Positions 25,721 to 32,708 of a DNA stretch of 36,935 nt are shown in pieces; within the stretch, counting starts at the first letter, position 1, and the number at the start of each line of letters is the position of its first letter. Below the pieces are notes generated by a model. That model saw only the letters and a list, made by a program, of their open reading frames with translations. It was not told the origin of the DNA and did no database searches. The stretch is from Acidobacteriaceae bacterium. Lineage in GTDB: Bacteria > Acidobacteriota > Terriglobia > Terriglobales > Acidobacteriaceae. The translations under genes and the position numbers were made by a program. The DNA is taken from assembly GCA_049696575.1 (NCBI GenBank), contig JBAVUB010000592.1, forward strand, positions 1 to 36,935. The letters run 5' to 3'.

Positions 25721-26914
25721 ATGGATCGGAGCTGGTTCAGAGAACGATGCGGGAACGGTGGCCCGGAAGGGAACGCCGGATTTTCGTCGACGACGGCCCG
25801 CGCCCTGAGCCGTAATCGCCGCGAGTTTCTTCGCGATGCCGTCGGCCTTGCGATTGGATCGACGCTGATCGGTGCAAGCCCATTCCTCCACGGCGAAGCC
25901 ATCCGCAAAAAACGTAAGATCGTCGTTATCACGTTTGGGGGTGGAGCGCGCGACCAGGAGACCTTCGCGCCCGAAGGTCAGGAGAACATCCCTCACATGC
26001 TGCGGGAGTTGATCCCGCAGTCCAGCTTCTTCTCCCATGTCGTGAACCGAGGAATCCTCGGCCACTATGTGGCGACCGCCAGTCTGGCCACGGGCGTTTA
26101 CGAAACGCTCAACAACTTCGCTGCTGTACCTCCACAACACCCCACCGTTTTCGAGTATTTTCGCCGCGACCTGAAGCGTCCCGCCACAGACACCTGGGTA
26201 GTGGCTCCCAGTAACGGCTTCAATCGCATCGGCGAAAGCAACTGCCACGCCTACGGCGCGGGTGCCACGGTCATTCTCCCCAAGCACCTGCTGGCTGCAA
26301 CCCAGCCCGAAGGCGCGGACCTCGATCATCTGCTGCGCGACAATTATGAAAACCCGCTCTACACCCCCGTGCTTGGCGGCGGCGAGTTCGAGCTGCAGCA
26401 GCTGGATCATATACTCCGTCTGTCCGTTGCCGACTTCAACGGCCACGCCCGGACGCTCTCCAGTCCCGATGAGCTTTCGGTGTACATTGCGAAGCGTCTC
26501 ATGCAGCAGGAAGCGCCGAGCCTGCTCTGGATCACGATGCATGACATCGATGTCGCCCATTCTGGCGCCTACTCCTTATATATAGAAGGCATCCGCCGCA
26601 CCGACCGGCTCTGTGCGGAGATGTGGCAGGCGGTCCAGTCCAATCCGGAATATGCCGGCAACACGACCATGTTCATCCTTCCCGATTTCGGGCGAGATGC
26701 CGACCTCGACGCCGGAGGCAATGGGTTCCAGCATCATCGCACCGGCGATCCGGCAAGCCGCACCACCTGGATGATGGCCCTCGGCGCCGGAGTCAGGCCC
26801 GGCGTGATCTACGACGAGCCGATGCAGTCGATCGATCTGGTGCCGAGTCTGGGCGCGATCATGGGCTTCTCGCCGGCACAAAGCCAGGGCAAACCCATCC
26901 CGGAGCTGATTTGA
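25721..26914 (+). CDS. Tat-exported DUF1501-like / alkaline-phosphatase-superfamily protein (A2), paralog of A1
   Basis: ATG at 25721, the only in-frame start after the TPR2 stop; the track ORF start at 25376 overlaps TPR2. The Tat motif is SRNRREFLRDAVG. Blocks shared with A1 are NIPH, HPTVFEYFRR, DTWVVA, DIDVAHSG, NPEYAGNTTMFILPDFGRD and TTWMMALGAGV. Confidence 0.82.
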   Translation: MDRSWFRERCGNGGPEGNAGFSSTTARALSRNRREFLRDAVGLAIGSTLIGASPFLHGEAIRKKRKIVVITFGGGARDQETFAPEGQENIPHMLRELIPQSSFFSHVVNRGILGHYVATASLATGVYETLNNFAAVPPQHPTVFEYFRRDLKRPATDTWVVAPSNGFNRIGESNCHAYGAGATVILPKHLLAATQPEGADLDHLLRDNYENPLYTPVLGGGEFELQQLDHILRLSVADFNGHARTLSSPDELSVYIAKRLMQQEAPSLLWITMHDIDVAHSGAYSLYIEGIRRTDRLCAEMWQAVQSNPEYAGNTTMFILPDFGRDADLDAGGNGFQHHRTGDPASRTTWMMALGAGVRPGVIYDEPMQSIDLVPSLGAIMGFSPAQSQGKPIPELI

Positions 26915-26917
26915 TTC

Positions 26918-28126
26918 ATGCAGCCTCGCGATCTCACCAGCGCGACTTTCACCGCTTACCCGCCGCAGGCGCGGGTCCTGGCGGTGGCGCATCTGGATTT
27001 GCTGCGACAACTTCCCCCTGGATATGTGCCGTCGCTGCTGCGCGAGATCCTCTCGTACGATTTTGCGTTCCCGGCTGAGCGGGTCGCGGTGGAGAAGGAG
27101 CTGGCTGCGCTCTCCGCGCTGGATGAGCGACAGCGGGCGGAGTGGTTCCGCGGCTTCGCACAGCTTTCTCTGTCGCCCGACCTGGAGGACTTCGACTGGG
27201 TGAATCATCCAGCGCAGTTTCAGGAGAAACAGTCGGCATGGCTCTGGAGCAGTCATCAACTGGATGCCTTTCGGGCGGCGGCGACGGACTTTGGCACACG
27301 GTTGCAGAATGCGACGCCTGCCGAGCCACCGCCGATGCGGCGACTGGGCATCGCCATCATCGGCAAAGATGTGGCGACCTGGAACGAGCCTCTGTTTCGG
27401 AATCTTCGCGGCCAGGGTACATGGTTCACGCAAATCAACCCGGACAATGGCGTCCGTATTTTGCTCGATGCTGCTGCTGAGCGCGCACGAGCTCATCCTG
27501 AGTCGTACGCGCACTGGTATATCGACGGTGGGATTCCGTCGGATTACGACAAGGCTCTGACCTGCATCTCCTGGACCGCGCTTGAGCCGCTGCGGACCGG
27601 CCTTCTGCGAAGGATGCAGACGGAGATCAATCGGCCTGGCATGGGCCCGGAACAGCTGCGGACGTGGCTCGCGCAGCTCATGCCCGGCGAACTGGGTGTC
27701 GCGAGTTCCACGGATCCGGTTCTCACCCGTTTTCATGTGAGCCTGTTTACCGAGGGGTCGGGAACACAGATTTTCAGCACGACCTTCGCGCAGTGGACCG
27801 CGCGCGAAGTGCTCCGCCGCGCTCAGGCGCTCACCGTCGTGGCGCGCTTCACGCCGCGGCAGCGACAGCGCCCTATGAATGAGCTGCTCATCGGCAACGA
27901 CGCCACACCTGAGCTCGACCCAACAGGTTCGCTGATCGATGCCGACATGGCCGCCTGGTATCACTGGCTCAACCAGCAACGGCTTCCTGGTTACGAACAG
28001 TCGTCGTTTATCGCCTGGTTCGAGAATCACAATCAGGCGGTGGCGATCGGTCCCACGCTTCCGCGCGGGGCGCAGTCGGATTCGACGGTGGGTCTGGAAA
28101 AGCTGCTCGCTCTTGCTGCGGGCTGA
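26918..28126 (+). CDS. Uncharacterised protein B2 (no signal peptide), paralog of B1
   Basis: 402 aa. The ATG lies 3 nt after the A2 stop. Composition is protein-like (W/F/Y-rich). It is colinear with B1. The long antisense ORF 26576..28030 is Arg-rich junk. Confidence 0.78.
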   Translation: MQPRDLTSATFTAYPPQARVLAVAHLDLLRQLPPGYVPSLLREILSYDFAFPAERVAVEKELAALSALDERQRAEWFRGFAQLSLSPDLEDFDWVNHPAQFQEKQSAWLWSSHQLDAFRAAATDFGTRLQNATPAEPPPMRRLGIAIIGKDVATWNEPLFRNLRGQGTWFTQINPDNGVRILLDAAAERARAHPESYAHWYIDGGIPSDYDKALTCISWTALEPLRTGLLRRMQTEINRPGMGPEQLRTWLAQLMPGELGVASSTDPVLTRFHVSLFTEGSGTQIFSTTFAQWTAREVLRRAQALTVVARFTPRQRQRPMNELLIGNDATPELDPTGSLIDADMAAWYHWLNQQRLPGYEQSSFIAWFENHNQAVAIGPTLPRGAQSDSTVGLEKLLALAAG

Positions 28127-28219
28127 TCGATATTTGCTGATTCCCTCTACAGGCTCGGTAGCGGGGTGCGGTCAAGCGTGGCCGCGCGCCGAATCGGAAT
28201 GCCGAGGAACGAAGCAGGC

Positions 28220-28399
28220 ATGAAGAGGCAGGAGATGATTGCGCGGCTTCAGGAACGCTCGGCCAACCCACACGGCGAGCCTTGGGATGTGGTGGTCATC
28301 GGCGGCGGAGCGACGGGCGGGGGTGTCGCTGTTGTTGCCGGCGCACTGCTCTGTACGGGTCTTCACTCCCGCCAGCATGACAGGTGGCGGATTGAATAA
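28220..28399 (+). pseudogene. N-terminal stump of an FAD-dependent glycerol-3-phosphate-dehydrogenase-like oxidoreductase
   Basis: MKRQEMIARLQERSANPHGEPWDVVVIGGGATGGGVAV..., a dinucleotide-binding GxGxxG N-terminus of GlpD-like layout. It then degenerates and stops after about 60 codons. Confidence 0.5.
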
Positions 28400-28573
28400 C
28401 CCCACGGCAGGCGCTCGAAATTCACCGGCCGCGCTGTAATCCGCAGTGAGGATGCGCAATGAGCCGCTGTGGAGAGATCGCAGCTGTTCGCACGCAACTT
28501 GTCCCGTTTGCGCCGGAGCGCTGGCGCTCAGTGTCGCAATCGCAGCCACCATCATCAATCGTATAAATCTCAC
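28400..28573 (-). pseudogene. N-terminal stump of a tannase/feruloyl-esterase-like gene
   Basis: MRFIRLMMVAAIATLSASAPAQTGQVACEQLRSLHSGSLRILTADYSAAGEFRAPAVG is a signal peptide plus the typical Cys-containing N-terminal strand of that family (compare 34601..36154). The rest of track ORF 28172..28573 is low-complexity read-through over the opposite stump. Confidence 0.45.
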
Positions 28574-28577
28574 GCAA

Positions 28578-28880
28578 TCAGATCTCCAGGGAAAGCATCA
28601 GCGAGCTGAGACTCTTCCCATGCGCGTCAAGACGCAGGGAGCGCGTAACGCTGTCGGTTGGCCGGCGCTGCAACACGAAGTTAAGGCCGCAAAGATTTGG
28701 GACGCAATATCGTGTGACCGGCCTCGTGATGTGTTCCCGGAACAGCTCGCTCACGCGCTCCTCGGTCACGTGCTCAACCAACATCGCGTAATCCTCATCC
28801 CGGTAAGCGAACACGGCAATGTTGACCAGGCTGCCCTTATCGCCAGCACGCGCATGCGCAATGCTTCGCAGCTCCATCAT
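28578..28880 (-). CDS. Small AtuA-associated protein (split C-terminal ferredoxin-fold domain of the AtuA/DUF1446 family, DUF4387-type)
   Basis: 100 aa. Contains AHARAGDKGSLVNIAVFA. The start overlaps the stop of the DUF1446 gene (ATGA at 28877..28880), which is the usual gene pairing. Confidence 0.6.
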   Translation of the reverse strand: MMELRSIAHARAGDKGSLVNIAVFAYRDEDYAMLVEHVTEERVSELFREHITRPVTRYCVPNLCGLNFVLQRRPTDSVTRSLRLDAHGKSLSSLMLSLEI

Positions 28881-30193
28881 GACACCTCCATCGAGATCGT
28901 TGGGGTGATAAGCTTGCCCGCGATGAGCGCCGGCACGATGGCGATGTTCTCCCGCACCGCGAAGGTGACTCCTGCGCCTGCGGCAGGCCCGTTCAGGTAG
29001 AGGCTCTCCACTTCACGTGTCAGGCGCCTCGCATCCATCTCCCGCCTGAATCGTGCCGTTGCTCGCAGCCGCACTTCGTAGGGAGCGGGCCAATCGGCCG
29101 GCGTGCCATGCATAGAGCTCAGGCCGATCAGGTCGATCCTTAGTTCCTCCGAACCAGTCTGCGCGAGACGCTTTTCGAGGATCTGCCGTGCTAACTCGGC
29201 TCGCGCCAGCGCGCCCGGCCCCGCATACGATATCTGGCCTTCAGCGATCAATCCGTCATCAACTCCAATTGAGACTTTGTAATGCTGCGGACGGGGCTTC
29301 CCCTGTGCACCGGACACACGGATTGCGCCAGGTGTCTGCTGTTCGAAGCGGATTTCTGTGAAGTCAGCAATGACGTCGGGCGTTATATACGAGGACGGGT
29401 CCAGAACCTCGTACAGGATCTGTTCGCGGCAGGTCTGCAGGGTGATGAGCCCGCCTGAACCATCAACCTTGGTCAGGAGTGCGGAGCTGTCTTCGCTAAC
29501 TTCTGCCAGCGGGAATCCAAGACGATCCGGATCCTGCACATCTTTATATCCGGGATCCGCAAAGTAACCGCCTGTAAGTTGCCCGGCGCATTCCAGCAGA
29601 TGGCCCACTGCGGTGCCCTGGCTCATCAAGTCCCACGATTCCTTTTCCCATCCAAACGCGTGTATCAGTGCTCCCAAAAAAAGCGAAGGGTCAGCCACTC
29701 TTCCCGTCAGAACAACACCTGCACCGCGATCCAGCACCTCGGCCACGGCGTCAGCGCCCAGATATGCATTCGCCGAGATGATCGTCGTGTCACCCGGAAG
29801 GGGTTGATCGTCGAAGGGCATGAAGGCCTTTTTGAGATGCAGAACGTCATCCCCCTCGATGCATGCGACACGTAATCCGTGAAGTCCCAGCCTTCGAGCG
29901 ATCTCGATGGTCTCGCGCGCGGCCGCACGCGGGTTCGCTGCACCCATGTTGCTGATCACACGCACGCCATTGCGGCAGCATGCCGGCAAAACAGCCCGCA
30001 TGCGTTCGCCGAGGAGCAAATCGTATCCGGCGTTGAGATCTTCGCGCTTGCGCAACTGACTCAACGCGATGGTTCGCTCGGCCAGGCACTCGAAGACAAG
30101 GAAATCGAGATGTCCTTTTTCGGCGAGTTCCACCGCGGGCTCGATCCGATCTCCGGAGAAACCCGCTCCCGCGCCGATTCTGATCTTCTTCAT
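28877..30193 (-). CDS. Acyclic-terpene-utilisation AtuA family protein (DUF1446)
   Basis: 438 aa. The N-terminus IRIGAGAGFSGDRIEPAVELAEKGHLDFLVFECLAERTIA and the block VISNMGAANPRAAA match the DUF1446 signature as I remember it. Confidence 0.85.
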   Translation of the reverse strand: MKKIRIGAGAGFSGDRIEPAVELAEKGHLDFLVFECLAERTIALSQLRKREDLNAGYDLLLGERMRAVLPACCRNGVRVISNMGAANPRAAARETIEIARRLGLHGLRVACIEGDDVLHLKKAFMPFDDQPLPGDTTIISANAYLGADAVAEVLDRGAGVVLTGRVADPSLFLGALIHAFGWEKESWDLMSQGTAVGHLLECAGQLTGGYFADPGYKDVQDPDRLGFPLAEVSEDSSALLTKVDGSGGLITLQTCREQILYEVLDPSSYITPDVIADFTEIRFEQQTPGAIRVSGAQGKPRPQHYKVSIGVDDGLIAEGQISYAGPGALARAELARQILEKRLAQTGSEELRIDLIGLSSMHGTPADWPAPYEVRLRATARFRREMDARRLTREVESLYLNGPAAGAGVTFAVRENIAIVPALIAGKLITPTISMEVS

Positions 30194-30265
30194 CTGCGAT
30201 CTCCTGAACGAATCCTCTTTACGAGCTTCACCTGTGCTTTTGCGTGTGCCCTGAATAGCGCGACG

Positions 30266-31552
30266 TCACAGGGGTATGACATGAAACAGGACGGCCGCGA
30301 TCGTCATTACGACGGATGCTCCCAGCAGAAACGGGCCAGCAAAACGTTGATGCGTGCTCAATTCGATGTCACTCAGTCCGGTTACAAGAAATGTAGCTGG
30401 CGTCAATGGACTTATCGGGAAACCGGTGGTCATCTGCCCCAGTAGTGCGGCTTCCGCGACGCTTGCCGCAGGCAGTCCGAAGCCCTGGACGGCGGCAGCA
30501 AGCACAGGGAGAATCCCGAAATAGAAAGAGTCAGGATCGAACAGCAGACTTAACGGCATGGCGACCAGGCCGAGCACCAGTGGAATGTGCGGCGCGAACC
30601 CTGGTGGTATGTGTGCGATGGACGCTTTCGCCATAGCGGCGAGCATGCCGCTGCCTTTCAGTATCCCCGTGAACACGCCGGCCGAGCAGAGAATGGCACA
30701 CATAGACAACGCCGCCTTCGCGTGACGATCAATCGCCGCGCTCTGTTCGCGCACGGTTCTGAAGTTGTGCAGCAGGGCCAGCGTCGTGCCCAGCATGAAC
30801 GCGATCGCCGGCTCAACTTTGCCGCTGATCACGAGGCCGAGCACCGCTGCCGCGAGAATCAAATTGCAGGCAAAGCGAACACGCGAACCGGGGGAAGCGG
30901 TCGTCGCAATTGGGACAGCCGGCCTGAACTGTGAATCCTTCCGTCCGATTTGCCTGCTCTCTTTGCGCCCGAGGTATACGGCAACACCGAACACATAGAC
31001 AAGGCCCACGATCTGAACAGGAATCAGAGGCTTGAACAAAGCTATGGGAGTGGTGTGGAGTGCGCTGGCAGCGCGAATTGTGGGGCCCGTCCATGGCAGA
31101 AAGTTCACGCCTGCCGCCAGCGATACCGCGCATGCCAGGATCCTGCGATCCATCCCGAGTTCCTGATACAGCGGCAGCAGGGTGGGAATCGCAACCAGAA
31201 ATACGACCGCGCCGGAGCCGTCGAGGTGTAGCAGCAGCGCAAGCAGAGCAGTGCCCGGAACGATGAGCACCGGGTTTTTGCCGATGCCGCTCAGCAGAAG
31301 TTTGACGAACGGCTCGATCGTCCCCGCATCGGTCAAAACGCCGAAGAACAGGATGGCAAACAGGAACATCGCCACCACGGGCGCGATGGATACCACCCCG
31401 GAGAGCGCAAATTGGGCGGTATTCAACCCGAAGCCGGCCGCAAGGCAGGCGGTTACCGGGAACAGGAAGAGGGCAATCAGCGGCGACACGCGCCTGCTGG
31501 TGATCGCCACGATCATGCCGAGGATGGTGACCAGACCCCAAATGGCAAGCAT
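30266..31552 (-). CDS. CitMHS-type (citrate/organic-anion) permease
   Basis: Polytopic hydrophobic protein. Start proposed at the ATG at 31552 (MLAIWGLVTILGMIVAITSRRVSPLIALFLFPV), which resembles CitMHS N-termini. The track start at 31615 adds a non-hydrophobic 21-aa extension. Confidence 0.6.
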   Translation of the reverse strand: MLAIWGLVTILGMIVAITSRRVSPLIALFLFPVTACLAAGFGLNTAQFALSGVVSIAPVVAMFLFAILFFGVLTDAGTIEPFVKLLLSGIGKNPVLIVPGTALLALLLHLDGSGAVVFLVAIPTLLPLYQELGMDRRILACAVSLAAGVNFLPWTGPTIRAASALHTTPIALFKPLIPVQIVGLVYVFGVAVYLGRKESRQIGRKDSQFRPAVPIATTASPGSRVRFACNLILAAAVLGLVISGKVEPAIAFMLGTTLALLHNFRTVREQSAAIDRHAKAALSMCAILCSAGVFTGILKGSGMLAAMAKASIAHIPPGFAPHIPLVLGLVAMPLSLLFDPDSFYFGILPVLAAAVQGFGLPAASVAEAALLGQMTTGFPISPLTPATFLVTGLSDIELSTHQRFAGPFLLGASVVMTIAAVLFHVIPL

Positions 31553-31657
31553 ACTTAGCGACCGGTGACGCGGCCCTCTCGCGAATATGGGGAGTATAGA
31601 GAGCTGCGTCTCCATATGTACATTGCATAAATCCGAAGCCTATAATCTCGAATTCCG

Positions 31658-32602
31658 ATGATTCACGAGCTCCGTCACATTCGTGCTTTTCTCAAAATTG
31701 CAGAGACCCGCAACTTCACACGCGCTGCCAACGATCTGCATGTTTCGCAGTCCGCATTGACCGTCCAGGTGCAGCAGCTCGAGGAGAGCCTGGGTGTCCG
31801 CCTCTTCGACAGAAACAAGCGCGGAGTGATGCTCACGGCCGCCGGGAAGGACGTGTTCGGCCCGCTGCAGCGGTTGTTCCATGATGCCCAGACTATCGTT
31901 GAACATGCACGCGACCTCAGTTCCGCCTCAAGCGGCTTTGTGTCCATCGCTGCTCTTCCCACGGTGTGCGCGGGGCCGCTTCCAGAACTGGTTCGAACCT
32001 TTCTCGAGAGTCATCCCGGCATCCGCGTGCAAATCTCTGATGTGATTGCGGAACGCGTGCGGGAAGCTGTGCTCAAGCGGGAGGTCGATTTCGGAATCGG
32101 GACCCTCCACGGGCGCGATGCGGAGCTCCGTGCGACTCCCCTGTTTCAGGATCGTCTGGTTGTCTTTACGCCTCCGGGGCACCCGCTCTCGGAGAAGCAT
32201 ACCGTCACACTACGCGAGGCTTCCGCTCACGGACTGATTTTGCCGGGGCGGGCGAGCAGCGTAAGGGACGCAGTCGAGGCCATCGCACATCGCGAGCGGC
32301 TGCTCCTCGACGCCCGCTACGAGACGAATTTCATGCCAACGGCCCTGGCCTTTGTTCGCGCCAAACTGGGGATAGCCATTCTGCCGGAGACGGCAGCCGG
32401 CGCTGAAGCTTCGGAATTTGTGATCGTCCCACTGAACAACCGCTTTTCGAACCGCCAGATTGAGCTGCTTGCGAGAAGAGACGCCGCTCTATCGCCTGCC
32501 GCCGCGAGCCTGGCGCGCCATCTCCTACACAAGCTCCATATTAGAAAGCGTGACGGCCGCGGGACAGCGGCCGCACACTCGAGAAAAAAACCTAACCCGT
32601 GA
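31658..32602 (+). CDS. LysR-family transcriptional regulator, divergent from the permease/AtuA operon
   Basis: 314 aa. The N-terminal wHTH is LRHIRAFLKIAETRNFTRAANDLHVSQSALTVQVQQLEESLGVRLFDR, followed by a LysR substrate-binding domain layout. Confidence 0.92.
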   Translation: MIHELRHIRAFLKIAETRNFTRAANDLHVSQSALTVQVQQLEESLGVRLFDRNKRGVMLTAAGKDVFGPLQRLFHDAQTIVEHARDLSSASSGFVSIAALPTVCAGPLPELVRTFLESHPGIRVQISDVIAERVREAVLKREVDFGIGTLHGRDAELRATPLFQDRLVVFTPPGHPLSEKHTVTLREASAHGLILPGRASSVRDAVEAIAHRERLLLDARYETNFMPTALAFVRAKLGIAILPETAAGAEASEFVIVPLNNRFSNRQIELLARRDAALSPAAASLARHLLHKLHIRKRDGRGTAAAHSRKKPNP

Positions 32603-32708
32603 TCGGCAGATGCGATTGATCCGTTCGAATCAATGAATTGTACTCATGCTTCCGGGCACTGTTATAGTCGCGTGCGTCGCGCAAAGCAGCACATTCCGGA
32701 GGCTGTAA

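Noticed and set aside
1372-27882. Many long ORFs on the strand opposite the called genes. Examples: 1372..2445 (+), 11605..12720 (+), 13368..14900 (+), 16178..17626 (+), 21201..23072 (-), 24529..25599 (-), 25241..26560 (-), 26576..28030 (-).
   Set aside because: Their translations are Arg/Gly/Ala/Val/Asp-rich and low in complexity, with no recognisable motifs. Each lies fully inside a gene with clear family signatures on the other strand. This is the stop-codon-poor antisense effect typical of GC-rich DNA.
32661-32670. 10-mer GTTATAGTCG shared upstream of the carboxylesterase gene (32661..32670) and the tannase gene (34534..34543).
   Set aside because: Repeated 10-mers are expected many times by chance in 37 kb on two strands. 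The only value is that it contains a -10-like TATAGT, noted at low weight in a finding.
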